Shown here in pieces: positions 11,410-21,372 of a stretch of 64,000 nucleotides of DNA (position 1 is the first letter of the stretch; the number at the start of each line of letters is the position of its first letter). A program made the translations under genes and the position numbers. The stretch spans positions 576,001 to 640,000 of the forward strand of contig OY821641.1 of assembly GCA_963555995.3 (NCBI GenBank). The letters are read 5' to 3'. Below the pieces are notes generated by a model. It was not told the origin of the DNA and searched no databases. It saw only the letters and a list, made by a program, of their open reading frames with translations. The stretch comes from Vicinamibacteria bacterium (GTDB lineage Bacteria > Acidobacteriota > Vicinamibacteria > Marinacidobacterales > Marinacidobacteraceae).

Positions 11410-13077
11410 GTGATGTCCCGAACCCGCCGATGTACCACCCTGTTGGCCGTCCTGGCCCTGCTGTTCGCCGCCGCGGCGCCCGCCCTGGAAGAGGAGACCA
11501 ACACCACCGACCTGGCGGTGCCTCTCCACGCCAAGCTCGGCACCGTCAGCTACCCGGTGAGCGGAGCCTCGGAGCTCGGCCAGCGGTACTTCGATCAGGG
11601 CCTCCGGCTGGTGTACGCGTTCTGGATGGCCGAAGCCCGCCGCTCCTTCGACGAGGCGGCGCGCCTCGACGACAACGCGATGTCGCACTGGGGACGGGCG
11701 CTCGCCTACGGTCCCTACCTGAACCAGGGATCCCCGCCCGAAGACCAGCTCGAGACCGCCTGGGAGGCCATCAGCCGCGCCCGCGAGCTGTCCGGCTCGG
11801 CCACCGAGAAGGAGCGGGCGATGATCGAGGCGCTCGCCGTCCGCTACGCGGAAGATCCGGCCTCGGATCGCGAGCCCCTCGATCAGGCGTACCACGAGAA
11901 GGCCCGGGCGCTGGCCGAAACGTACCCGGATGACATCGAACTCCAGGTGCTCGCCGCCGCGTCCTACATGAACACCACCCGCTGGAACTACTGGGACGAT
12001 GACGGGAAGCCGCTGAACGACGGCACCCTCTGGCTGGTGGAGCAGATCGAGCGCGCCCTCGACATGGACCCGAACCATCCCGGCGCCATCCACTACTACA
12101 TCCACGGGGTCGAGGCGTCCGACGACCTCGCGCGCGCGGTCCCCCACGCCCGCAACCTGCCCCGGACCATGCCGGGCGCCGCCCACCTCGTCCACATGGG
12201 CGCGCACATCCTGATCCAGACCGGCAACTACGACGAGGCGGCCGACTTCAACCTCGACGCCGCCGCGGTGGACGAGCTCTATATCGGGATGCCCGACCAG
12301 GAGGGCCGTTACCCGGTCGGTTCCTATCAGCACAACGTCCACTTCGCCTGGTCCGCGGCGCAGTTCGAGGGCCGGAGCGCGGTGGCGCTGCAGCAGGCCT
12401 ACAAGCTGCGCGACAAGGTGCGGGTCCAGGTCGGCCCCAACCGGATCGAGGAGTCCTCGCGGCCGCAGCTCTTCCTCTCGATTCCCCTGTTCGCGCAGGC
12501 CCGCTTCGGCCGCTGGAACGACATCATGAGCGAGCCGCAGCCGCGCGCCGAATACCTCTTCGAGACGGCCATCTGGCACTACGTGCGGGGACTCGCCCAC
12601 TCGGCCACCGGCAACGTGGAGCAGGCCCGGGACCACCAGAAGCAGGTCGCCGGCATCGCGGCTGACGAGAACCTCCCCGGAATGGGGCGGGTCTCGGCCA
12701 AGGACATGCTGCGGCTCGCCGCCACCGCGCTCGAGGCGGACATCGTTTCACGCCACGACGCGCCGGCGAAGGCGATCCCGCTGCTCGAGGAAGCGATCAA
12801 CATCCAGGACAACCTCGCCTACACCGAGCCGCCGCCCTGGTACGTGCCGATGCGGCAGACCCTCGGCGCGGTGCTGCTGGAGGCCGGTCAGCCCGACCAC
12901 GCCGAAGTGGCGTTCCGCGAGGATCTCCGCCACTGGCCCGAGAACGGCTGGTCGCTCTTCGGGCTGCTCGAATCGCTCCGCGCCCAGGGCAAGACCGACG
13001 AGGCCAACCGGGTGCAGCGCCGCTTCCTCAGGGCCTGGAGCCGCGCCGACATCGTCCTCACCGCCGCGAGGTTCTGA
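11410..13077 (+). CDS. Exported TPR-rich protein
   Basis: GGAG RBS, signal peptide, FDQGLRLVYAF, PNHPGAIHYYIH, HLVHMGAH, ENGWSLFGL; paralog of 50195-51862. Confidence 0.8.
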   Translation: MMSRTRRCTTLLAVLALLFAAAAPALEEETNTTDLAVPLHAKLGTVSYPVSGASELGQRYFDQGLRLVYAFWMAEARRSFDEAARLDDNAMSHWGRALAYGPYLNQGSPPEDQLETAWEAISRARELSGSATEKERAMIEALAVRYAEDPASDREPLDQAYHEKARALAETYPDDIELQVLAAASYMNTTRWNYWDDDGKPLNDGTLWLVEQIERALDMDPNHPGAIHYYIHGVEASDDLARAVPHARNLPRTMPGAAHLVHMGAHILIQTGNYDEAADFNLDAAAVDELYIGMPDQEGRYPVGSYQHNVHFAWSAAQFEGRSAVALQQAYKLRDKVRVQVGPNRIEESSRPQLFLSIPLFAQARFGRWNDIMSEPQPRAEYLFETAIWHYVRGLAHSATGNVEQARDHQKQVAGIAADENLPGMGRVSAKDMLRLAATALEADIVSRHDAPAKAIPLLEEAINIQDNLAYTEPPPWYVPMRQTLGAVLLEAGQPDHAEVAFREDLRHWPENGWSLFGLLESLRAQGKTDEANRVQRRFLRAWSRADIVLTAARF

Positions 13078-13112
13078 CCCCTCCGCCGACGGACGTAACG
13101 GCGCGCCGCCTA

Positions 13113-13365
13113 CCTGGACCGCCGGTCTCCAGACCGCCACGTGTGGCGCAGCCCCACCCACCCGCACGGCGCTGCCGGCCTGGAACGCCGGTCTCCAGAC
13201 CGGCACGCGCGGTGCTCCGCACCGCACACGTCACAACCCCACCCGGAAAGACGGCTCCCACCTCGGCGCGGCGCTCAATAGCGCAGGTGACGCACCGGCC
13301 TGGAACGCCGGTCTCCAGACCGGCACGCGCGGTGCTCCGCACCGCGCCCGGCGCAACCCCACGCG
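13113..13365 (+). repeat. Tandem REP-like array (3 cores)
   Basis: CCTGGA(A/C)CGCCGGTCTCCAGACCG cores in units starting at 13113, 13175 and 13295; lies between convergent genes. Confidence 0.85.
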
Positions 13366-13486
13366 GCAAGGGTGACTCCCGCCCCGGCGTGGAGCTCAAG
13401 CGCGGAGGTCGCACCCACGGCGTTCCAGGCCGCCTCCGCCACTTCCCTGACGGGCGGCGTGCGCTCGTATCCCCGGCGCTTCGGCT

Positions 13487-15925
13487 TCAGGCCTGCCCCG
13501 CTTCCGAACCACTCGGCGCGGCCGACGCGGTTGGCAGGGTGATGACGAATTCGGCGCCGTCCCCGACCTCGGAGTGCACCGCCAGGGTACCCCCGTGGCC
13601 CCGGACGATGTCGTGGCAGAGGGAAAGGCCGAGACCGGTGCCCTTGTCCGTGTCCTTCGTGGTGAAGAAGGGCTCGAAGATCTTCTTCAGGTTGCTCTCC
13701 GGAATGCCCGGTCCGTTGTCCTTGATCCGTACCTCGACCTGACCGTTCTCCTTGCGGCTGCGGACCTGCAGTTCGGGCTGGTAGTTCGGATCCGAGTCCT
13801 CGGCGAGCTGCTTGTCGAACGTTGCCTGGCAGGCGTTGGTGACGATGTTCAGGAACACGCGGCTGAGATCCTGCGGCACCGCCTCGATCGCGCCGACGTC
13901 ATCCCCGAAGTCCTTCTGGATGGTCATCTGGAACCGGCTGTCCACGGCGCGCATCGAATGGAAGGCGAGCGCGATGTATTCCTCGAGCATCGCATTGACC
14001 TCGGTCGGCCGCCGTTCGCCGCCTTCCTTCCGTGCGTGTTCCAGCATCCCGTAGACGATCGAGCTGGCCCGCTTCCCGTGGTGGACGATCCGTTCGAGGT
14101 TGCCTGACAGATCGCCGCTGATGTCCTCGATTTCCGCCCTGGACTCGTCGGGAATGTTCTCCTTGACGGTCTCCAGCTCTTCCTTCAGATCCTCCAGCAG
14201 TTCGCTCGAAACGTCGGCGAAGTTGTTGACGAAGTTCAGCGGGTTCTTGATCTCGTGCGCGATGCCCGCGGTCAGTTGGCCGAGGGAGGCCAGTTTCTCC
14301 TGCATCACCATCTGGTCCTGCGCCTTCTCCAGGTCGTCGAGGGTCTTCGCCAGTTCCTCGTTCTGGGCCTCCACCCGGGTCGCCAGTTCCTCGACCAGGT
14401 TGAGGCGCTGCACCTCGAGGGCGTGTTGCCGGAAGACTTCGAGCGCCTGCGCCATCTCCCCGACCTCGTCCTGGCCTCGGACTTCGATGCGCGTCTCCAG
14501 GTCGCCGCCGGCCATCCGGCGCATGGCCCGTGACAGCGCGGTGAGCCGGGCGATCAGGAATCGGCCGACGAAGAGCCACAGAATCAGCGCGGCGCTGCTG
14601 ATCCCCAGGACGTTCAGGGCGACCAGCAGCGATCGCCCGAGGTTCAGGGCCGCCTCCGACTGATCGGTGGCGGCCAGCGCCTCCTGCTCCAGGCCGACCG
14701 TGAGGTTGCCCACGGCCACCTCGAGCGAGTCGGTGATGGACTCGTTGCGGGCGAGGTAGCCGAGTTGGTTCCGGAGTTCGGCCAGATACTCCCGCCGGAC
14801 CGGGAAAGCGCCGTCCTCGGCCAGGCCCAGCTCATGGATGGCGTCCAGGGTCTGCCGCAGTTGTCGGGGCGCCCGGTCCCCGATCGTGTCAAGCGCCCGG
14901 AAGGTGCCGGCGGTGGCCGCCCGGAACCTTTCCTCCAGCGTCTCCACCAGTTCCAGGTCGTCCTGCACGACGACGTCGGCGATCAGGCTGCCCGCCAGGT
15001 TCCCGCGCGCGTCCACGGCGCTCAGCGCCTGCTGATACATGACTTCCACTTCCGCGCCGCGCACCTCCACCGGCGCCGGATCGTCGTCGAGTTCCCGGAG
15101 ACCGGTCGCCATGTAGAAGACCTGGTCATCCAGCAGGGGAACAATCAGTTCGTTGAGTTCGCGGCTCCGGACCACGGTCGCTTCCTGGAGCTGGCTCAGC
15201 CGCTCCTGCAGCACGACGCCGCCTTCGACCGAGACCTGGATGTCCCGCAGGTTGCCGGCGAGGGCCTCGGAGAACTCCCGGAGTCCCTCCGTCCGCTCGC
15301 CGGCCCCCAGTTCGGAGGACAGCTCGATGATGCGCGCGGCGGCCTCCAGGAGGTCGAGACGGGGCGCGGAGTCGTCCGGCGCGCCCTCCGCCTCCGGGTC
15401 GGCCGCGAGCTGCCGATTGCGGGCCTCCGCCACCAGCCGGGGCGCGGCGGCGGCGAGGCTGGTGGCGAGCTGTCCGATCTGGACGGCGTTGGTCAGCGCC
15501 GGCACGTGCTCCGTGTTGATCTCGCGCTGGATCCGGCCGACCTGGAAGAACGCGACGAGCGCGATGATGCTGGCGATGAGGGTGAAGACGATGGCCGCGC
15601 CGAGGCCGGCCGCGATCTGGACGCGCAGGCTCTGGCGCAGCGCGAACTTCCGCCGCAGCCAGCCACCCTTTTCCGTGACCGCGGGCTCGGCCGCGGCCGC
15701 CGGCGGGTCTGACGGCCCTCCGTCGGCTCCTTCCGGTTCCGCGTTGCCCTCGTCGGCCGAAAGGGGCGTCTTCCCCGACAACGCTTCGCGGAGAGCTCCG
15801 ACGATCGAGAGTCCGTCCGGCGCTTCCGGTCTTTTCTCCGACTCCGGCGGCGATTCCGCGGCGGCGGGACTCCCCTCGGAATCCGGAACGCCGTCCTGCC
15901 GGTCTTCGGAGTCTTTCTCGGCCAT
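13487..15925 (-). CDS. HAMP-domain sensor histidine kinase with large helical periplasmic domain (TorS-like)
   Basis: Two TM segments, HAMP (GDLETRIEVRGQDEVGEMA), H-box AHEIKNPLNFV, N-box NIVTNA, G-boxes DNGPG and GTGLGL. Confidence 0.92.
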   Translation of the reverse strand: MAEKDSEDRQDGVPDSEGSPAAAESPPESEKRPEAPDGLSIVGALREALSGKTPLSADEGNAEPEGADGGPSDPPAAAAEPAVTEKGGWLRRKFALRQSLRVQIAAGLGAAIVFTLIASIIALVAFFQVGRIQREINTEHVPALTNAVQIGQLATSLAAAAPRLVAEARNRQLAADPEAEGAPDDSAPRLDLLEAAARIIELSSELGAGERTEGLREFSEALAGNLRDIQVSVEGGVVLQERLSQLQEATVVRSRELNELIVPLLDDQVFYMATGLRELDDDPAPVEVRGAEVEVMYQQALSAVDARGNLAGSLIADVVVQDDLELVETLEERFRAATAGTFRALDTIGDRAPRQLRQTLDAIHELGLAEDGAFPVRREYLAELRNQLGYLARNESITDSLEVAVGNLTVGLEQEALAATDQSEAALNLGRSLLVALNVLGISSAALILWLFVGRFLIARLTALSRAMRRMAGGDLETRIEVRGQDEVGEMAQALEVFRQHALEVQRLNLVEELATRVEAQNEELAKTLDDLEKAQDQMVMQEKLASLGQLTAGIAHEIKNPLNFVNNFADVSSELLEDLKEELETVKENIPDESRAEIEDISGDLSGNLERIVHHGKRASSIVYGMLEHARKEGGERRPTEVNAMLEEYIALAFHSMRAVDSRFQMTIQKDFGDDVGAIEAVPQDLSRVFLNIVTNACQATFDKQLAEDSDPNYQPELQVRSRKENGQVEVRIKDNGPGIPESNLKKIFEPFFTTKDTDKGTGLGLSLCHDIVRGHGGTLAVHSEVGDGAEFVITLPTASAAPSGSEAGQA

Positions 15926-15929
15926 CCCG

Positions 15930-17132
15930 CTACCTCAGCGAGGTGAGGGGGCGCAACCTGCCGTTCGCTTCGATTCGGGTCAGGAAGACGCGGTCGGAGC
16001 CCTGCGTGTCACCGGGTCCGTAGGTCAGCGAGAAGCCGCCGAAGTCCAGGTTCCGGATCGTGGTGAGCGCCTCGAGGAAGCCGGCGCGGGTGGGATCGGG
16101 ACCGGCCCGGTCGAGAACCTCGCCCGTCAGCCGGCCCGCGATGTATCCCTCGAGGGAGACGAAGCTCGGCGGGGCTCCCCGCTCCTGCCGCCGGAGCGCG
16201 TCGCGGTAGTTCCGCACCACCCGGAGGGAGTCGTCTTCGGGGAAGGGGACGACCTGGGTGATCAGCACCCCTTCGCCGGCCGGTCCGAGGTCGGCGGCGA
16301 GCGCTTCGCTCCCCACGAAGGAGATGTTCATCAGGATGGGGTTGAAATCAACGCGCCTGGCCCAGCGCACGAACTCCGCCACCGGGCGGTAGGCGCCGAT
16401 GATGATCACCGCTTCGGGGTTCGCCCGGCGCAGTTCGAGCACGGCGATCTTGATGGCCGTCGTGTTCCGTTGGTACGCGGCCAGTCCGCCCAGCTCCCGC
16501 CGCCGGGCGGCGAGCGCCATCCGGACCCCCGTCAACCCCGCGTTCCCGTAGGAGTCGTCCTGATAGAGGACGGCGATCCGGGAGACCCCGAGGTCCTCAA
16601 TCAGCCGTTCGACCATCTCGTCGGTTTCCTGGAAGTAGGAAGCGCGGATGTTGACCGCGGTCGGCGCCTCCTCCGGCTCCCGGAGGAACTCCGCGCCCGT
16701 GAACGGGCCGATGTAGGGCGCGCCGGCCTGGGCCGCGACCGGCTCGACCGCCCGTGAAGTCGGCGTTCCGACCGGGCCGATCAGCGCGAAGACGTTCTCC
16801 TCCTGCAGCAGCCGGCGGGTGTTCGCGAGCGCCGCCTCGGGCTCGTAGCCGTCGTCGAGCGAAACGAGTTCGAGCCGGCGGCCGTGGATTCCTCCCCGGC
16901 GGTTGATCTCGGCGAACGCGGCCTGGATGCCGAGCCGCATGCCCTGCCCGAGGGCGGCTGCCGGACCGCTCAGCGCCGCCGACTGTCCGAAGACGACGCG
17001 CTCCGGAGTGACTCCGGGAGTCGGTTCCCCGTCCTGGGCCGATGCGGGAACCAGGCCTCCCGAGGCCAGGGCGCCGGCCAGGGCGGGAATGGAGATCCAG
17101 CGGGGCCGGGACCGGCCGCTAGAACCGCGCAT
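15930..17132 (-). CDS. Periplasmic substrate-binding protein (type 1 PBP, LivJ-like fold)
   Basis: Signal peptide, GQSAALSGP, INRRGGIHGRRLEL, DDGYEP, YQDDSYG. Confidence 0.88.
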   Translation of the reverse strand: MRGSSGRSRPRWISIPALAGALASGGLVPASAQDGEPTPGVTPERVVFGQSAALSGPAAALGQGMRLGIQAAFAEINRRGGIHGRRLELVSLDDGYEPEAALANTRRLLQEENVFALIGPVGTPTSRAVEPVAAQAGAPYIGPFTGAEFLREPEEAPTAVNIRASYFQETDEMVERLIEDLGVSRIAVLYQDDSYGNAGLTGVRMALAARRRELGGLAAYQRNTTAIKIAVLELRRANPEAVIIIGAYRPVAEFVRWARRVDFNPILMNISFVGSEALAADLGPAGEGVLITQVVPFPEDDSLRVVRNYRDALRRQERGAPPSFVSLEGYIAGRLTGEVLDRAGPDPTRAGFLEALTTIRNLDFGGFSLTYGPGDTQGSDRVFLTRIEANGRLRPLTSLR

Positions 17133-17137
17133 GGGCT

Positions 17138-18298
17138 TCAGTTCCCGAGATAGGCGAGCGTCAGGCAGGTGATGTCGTCGGATTGATGTTCACCGCCCGA
17201 GAAGACCCGCACCGCCTCGATGACGGCGCGGTTGATCTCCTCGGGGGACCGGTCGGCGACGCCCTCCAGCGTCTCTTCGAGGCGGTGGTTCTCGAACAAC
17301 TCCTTGTCGGGAGCCTCGGCCTCGGGCACGCCGTCCGTGTAGAGGAAAACCCGGTCTCCCGGTTCGAGTTGCACCTTGTCCTCGGTGTAGGGGAAATCCG
17401 GTATGACCCCGAGCGCGATGCCCTGGGTGAGGGGGAGTTCCTGCGGTTTCCGGCCGGCGCGGACCAGGTACGGGGCGCAGTGCCCGGCATTCGCATAGAT
17501 GAACGTGCCGTTCTCCGTGTCGAGGACCCCGAACAGCAGGGTCACGAACATGGCCCGCTCGTTGTCCTCCCCGAGCAGGTTGTTCACCTGGGTCAGCGCC
17601 TCCCCGGGAGAGAGGGCGCTCACCGCGTTCCCCTTGACGAGGGTCCGGCTGACCATCATGAAGAGGGCGGCCGGTACGCCCTTGCCCGAAACGTCCGCCA
17701 TCACCACCCCCAGCTTTTCTCCGGGGAGGTGGAACACGTCGTAGAAGTCCCCGCCCACGTCCTGCGCCGGAGTCATGATCGCGTGCGTCTCGGCGCTCGA
17801 GGTGCATGGGAACCGCTGCGGCAGGATGGACATCTGCATGTCGCGGGCAACGCGCAGTTCCTGGTGGAGCGCCAGCAGTTGGGCCCGGTGCTTGAGCGCC
17901 TCGCGCATCATGGCGAGGTGGGTCATGGTCTTCTCGATGGTGAGTTCGAGATCCTTGAAGTCGATCGGCTTGGTGACGAAGTCGAACGCGCCGCGGTTCA
18001 TGGCGGTACGGATGTTCGCCATGTCGCCGTACGCGGAGACCACCACCGCGCGGCACTTCGGGCGGACCGTCCGCAGCTCGTTCAGCAGCGTCAGACCGTC
18101 CATCCGGGGCATGTTGATGTCCGTCATGATGAGCTCGATTTCCGGGTGGTCTTCGAGGGCCTCGAGCGCCTGAACCCCGTCGTGCGCGAACACGAAACGC
18201 ATTTCGTCCTTGCGGATGCGGCGGCGGAACCGCTGGCGGATCAACGTCTCGAGATCTGGTTCGTCGTCGACCACCAGGATCGTGCAGGGCTCATTCAT
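17138..18298 (-). CDS. Response regulator receiver fused to PP2C/SpoIIE phosphatase
   Basis: ILVVDDEPD, TDINMP, FVTKP; VGGDFYD, ADVSGKG, LYTDG, SDDIT. Confidence 0.93.
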   Translation of the reverse strand: MNEPCTILVVDDEPDLETLIRQRFRRRIRKDEMRFVFAHDGVQALEALEDHPEIELIMTDINMPRMDGLTLLNELRTVRPKCRAVVVSAYGDMANIRTAMNRGAFDFVTKPIDFKDLELTIEKTMTHLAMMREALKHRAQLLALHQELRVARDMQMSILPQRFPCTSSAETHAIMTPAQDVGGDFYDVFHLPGEKLGVVMADVSGKGVPAALFMMVSRTLVKGNAVSALSPGEALTQVNNLLGEDNERAMFVTLLFGVLDTENGTFIYANAGHCAPYLVRAGRKPQELPLTQGIALGVIPDFPYTEDKVQLEPGDRVFLYTDGVPEAEAPDKELFENHRLEETLEGVADRSPEEINRAVIEAVRVFSGGEHQSDDITCLTLAYLGN

Positions 18299-18493
18299 GA
18301 ACTTGAAATTATCTCACGCCCGGACCGAACCTCCCGGCGAACGGGCGGGAGGGACGGGACCTCCACGCGGTGCGGGCCTCCACCCGCCTCTACAACGTGC
18401 CGCACGAGGTGGACCGCCGGCTCGCGAGCGGCCGCCAAATCGCCGCCAACCCGGCGGACTACACGTAGCGAAACGCCGGCCCTCGGAGCGCGA

Positions 18494-18534
18494 GGAGCGC
18501 CGGTCTGAAGACCAGGTCTGAAGACCGGCGCTCC
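18494..18534. repeat. Head-to-head fused REP-like palindrome
   Basis: GGAGCGCCGGTCT-GAAGACCAGGTCTGA-AGACCGGCGCTCC, just downstream of the amidase stop. Confidence 0.75.
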
Positions 18535-18546
18535 AAGGTCCTCCGC

Positions 18547-20313
18547 TCAGCCTCCCACCGGGGGCTTCCTCAGATGGAAGTCGGTGACCTGCTGGTAGGC
18601 GTGCGCCAGGGTCAGGATCTCGGTGTCCCCGTAGAGCTTCCCGGTCATCCGCAGACTGGTCGGGGACCCCTCGTGGTAGCCGTTCGGCATGCAGACCTCG
18701 GGGTGTCCGGTCAGGTTCGTGAGGCCCAGATTCGACCCGATGAAGAGGTCCAGGTCTCCGAACGCCTCGTCGAACTCCCGCATGATCCGGGTGCGTACCC
18801 GCATCGCCTGGATGTATTCCACCGCAGGGACGAACCGGTTGGTGCGGAAGGTGTCCGGCCAGCGGCTCTCCTCCGGGGGTTCCTTCATGGCGAGGTCGGC
18901 GCCGCTCCGGGCCAGCGCGTCGTGCGCGGCGGCGGACTCGGCGGACAGGACGAAGGAGAGGTCGTTCCAGTCGAGTTCCGGGAGGTCGAACGGCGTGATG
19001 GTGATTCCCGCCCCGCGCAGCGCCTCGATGGCCGCGCGCGTGTTCTCCTGCGCCGTGCGGCGGGCCGCCGCCTGGTCCGGGTTCTCCGGGTCGTCCTCGA
19101 TCTCGTCCTCGACCGCCGCCCGGTCGTAGCCCACCCGGAGCGCCGTCGGGTCGGCGGACGCGTCCCAGGCGAAGGGCGGGTCCTGGACCGCCCGGTCGAG
19201 GTCGTCGGCGCCCCGGATGGCCTCGAACACCAGCGCGCAGTCCTCGGCGCTCCGGCACATGGGACCGATCTTGTCCATGGTCCACGAGAGCGCCATGGCG
19301 CCCGCCCGGCTGACCCGGCCGAAGGTCGGACGGTGCCCGGTGATGCCGTTGCGGGTGGACGGCGAGATGATGGAACCGCGCGTCTCGGTGCCGATGGAGA
19401 ACCCCACCAGCCCGGCCGCGGTCGCCGACCCCGGCCCGGCGGAGGAGCCGCTCGACCCCTGTTCGGTGTTCCAGGGGTTCCGGGTCCGGCCCCCGAACCA
19501 GCGGTCGCCCGACGCCAGCGCGCCCATGGTCAGCTTGGCGACGAGGACCGCGCCCGCTTCGGTCAGCTTCGTATAGACGGTGGCGTCCTCGTTGATCTCC
19601 TGGTCGCGGTAGGGAGAGGCGCCCCAGGTGGTCTTCGTCCCCCTGACCGCCAGCAGGTCCTTCGCGCCCCACGGGATGCCGTGGAGCGGTCCGCGGTAGT
19701 TGCCGGCGGCGATCTCCTCGTCGGCCCGGGCCGCCTGCTCGCGGGCGAGGTCCTCGGTCAGGTTCACCACGCACAGCAGCACCGGATCGAATTCCCGGAG
19801 CCGCGCCAGGTAGAGCTCGGTGAGTTCGGTCGAGGTGACCTGGCGGGTCTCCACGAGCCGCGCGAGGTGGGTGACCGGCAGGAAGGCGAGGTCGGTGTCC
19901 GACTCGGGACGGGAGACCTCGGGCCGGGAAGCCCGTACGCCGCCCGCGGTTTCGGGCATCGGCTTCCCGGGCGGCAGCGGATGGAAGACGAACGACGGCG
20001 GCAGGTGGTTGTGGATCTCCGGATCCCGGATGCCCTGGTAGGCGTCCAGCGGACTCCGCTCGCCGTTCAGCCGCTCGGCCACCAGCGCGAGTTCGTCGTC
20101 GGAGAACTCCAGTCCGGCGAGCTGCTGGGCGGTGCGCAGCATGCCGATCGACACGGTGTCCGCGTCTCCGGCGCAGGCGGTGAGCGCCCCGGGGAGCAGG
20201 GTGGAACCGAGCCCCAGCCCGGAGAGTCCGGCAACGAACCGGCGGCGGTTCCAGTCGAGGCGCTCCGGTCCGGACGGCGGTGCGGAAACGGGAGGAGAGG
20301 GTTGGTCGGCCAT
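18547..20313 (-). CDS. Amidase signature family protein (Tat signal)
   Basis: NRRRFV Tat motif, GPLHGIPWGAKD, GSSGSSAG, GTETRGSI. Confidence 0.92.
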   Translation of the reverse strand: MADQPSPPVSAPPSGPERLDWNRRRFVAGLSGLGLGSTLLPGALTACAGDADTVSIGMLRTAQQLAGLEFSDDELALVAERLNGERSPLDAYQGIRDPEIHNHLPPSFVFHPLPPGKPMPETAGGVRASRPEVSRPESDTDLAFLPVTHLARLVETRQVTSTELTELYLARLREFDPVLLCVVNLTEDLAREQAARADEEIAAGNYRGPLHGIPWGAKDLLAVRGTKTTWGASPYRDQEINEDATVYTKLTEAGAVLVAKLTMGALASGDRWFGGRTRNPWNTEQGSSGSSAGPGSATAAGLVGFSIGTETRGSIISPSTRNGITGHRPTFGRVSRAGAMALSWTMDKIGPMCRSAEDCALVFEAIRGADDLDRAVQDPPFAWDASADPTALRVGYDRAAVEDEIEDDPENPDQAAARRTAQENTRAAIEALRGAGITITPFDLPELDWNDLSFVLSAESAAAHDALARSGADLAMKEPPEESRWPDTFRTNRFVPAVEYIQAMRVRTRIMREFDEAFGDLDLFIGSNLGLTNLTGHPEVCMPNGYHEGSPTSLRMTGKLYGDTEILTLAHAYQQVTDFHLRKPPVGG

Positions 20314-20366
20314 GAGGCGATTGTGCTCGCTTAGGCTTCTCGCCGCCAGCGCCCCAAGGAAGTCCC

Positions 20367-21365
20367 ATGAGCATTCCCGAAACTCTCCGCGTTCATCTGG
20401 CGACCGACCCGAGCGAGTCCGGCCATTACCGGCTGGACCGCGAGCGCTTCGAGAGCGCGGGAAAGGCCTTTCCCGACGCCTTCCGCCGCCTCCGTCCCAG
20501 CTATTCGGACGACGAGGCCGGCTTCGTCCGGGGGGTCCGCGACGCCGACGTGCTCATCGGCTGGAAGTTCCCGCGGCCGCGTCTCGCCGAGCGCGCTCCG
20601 AAGCTCCGCTGGGTGCAGCTCATCGGCGCCGGGGTGGATCACCTCTATCCGCTGGACTGGCTTCCGGCCGGCGTCAAGCTGATCACGGCGAGCGGGGTCC
20701 ACACGAAGAAGTCCTTCGAGTACGTCCTGATGGGCCTCATCGCCCTCCACACGCGGCTGCCCCGGCTCGCCGAGCACCAGCGGGCGCGGACCTGGAAGAA
20801 GATCCAGACGGGGACGCTGCCCGGGAAGACGGCGCTCGTGATCGGGCTGGGCGCGGTGGGTACGGGCGCGGCGGAGGCGGCGCGGACGCTCGGCATGCGG
20901 GTGCTCGGTGTCCGCCGCACCGGGCGTCCGCACCGGTTCGTGGATGAACTCTTCGGCCCGGACGAGCTGCCGAAGGCGCTGCCGCGCGCCGACTACGTGG
21001 TGCTCGCCGCGCCGCTGACGTCCGACACGAAGGAGATCCTCGGGGAACGGGAACTCGCGCTCCTGCCGGAGGGAGCGGGGATCGTGAACCTGGGCCGGGG
21101 CCGGCTGATCCACCAGGCGGCTCTCGACGCCGGGCTCCGCAGCGGTCGGCTCGGGGGCGCCTTCCTCGACGTGGTCTGGCCCGAGCCGCATCCCCCCGAG
21201 AGCACCCTCTGGGACGCTCCCAACCTCTTCATCACCCCCCACGTCGGGGCGGACGACATCGAGAACTACATACCGCTGGTGTTCTCGATCGCCCTCGACA
21301 ACCTGGCCCGCTTCTTCGCGGGCCGCCGCCTCCGGAACGTGGTGAACCGGCGCCGGGGCTACTGA
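20367..21365 (+). CDS. D-2-hydroxyacid dehydrogenase
   Basis: GLGAVG NAD-binding motif, VNLGRG, LDV..PEP, ITPHVG. Confidence 0.9.
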   Translation: MSIPETLRVHLATDPSESGHYRLDRERFESAGKAFPDAFRRLRPSYSDDEAGFVRGVRDADVLIGWKFPRPRLAERAPKLRWVQLIGAGVDHLYPLDWLPAGVKLITASGVHTKKSFEYVLMGLIALHTRLPRLAEHQRARTWKKIQTGTLPGKTALVIGLGAVGTGAAEAARTLGMRVLGVRRTGRPHRFVDELFGPDELPKALPRADYVVLAAPLTSDTKEILGERELALLPEGAGIVNLGRGRLIHQAALDAGLRSGRLGGAFLDVVWPEPHPPESTLWDAPNLFITPHVGADDIENYIPLVFSIALDNLARFFAGRRLRNVVNRRRGY

Positions 21366-21372
21366 CGGACCG

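Noticed and set aside
9460-12636. 1058-aa minus-strand ORF, and similar long ORFs at 213-1766, 25893-28718, 60352-62550 and 18574-20334
   Set aside because: Stop-poor antisense frames opposite well-supported genes.
12748-13742. Short ORFs containing [14 protein letters not shown] or TPVSRP peptides (also near 22226-23359 and 54364-54686)
   Set aside because: These are translations of the REP repeats, not proteins.
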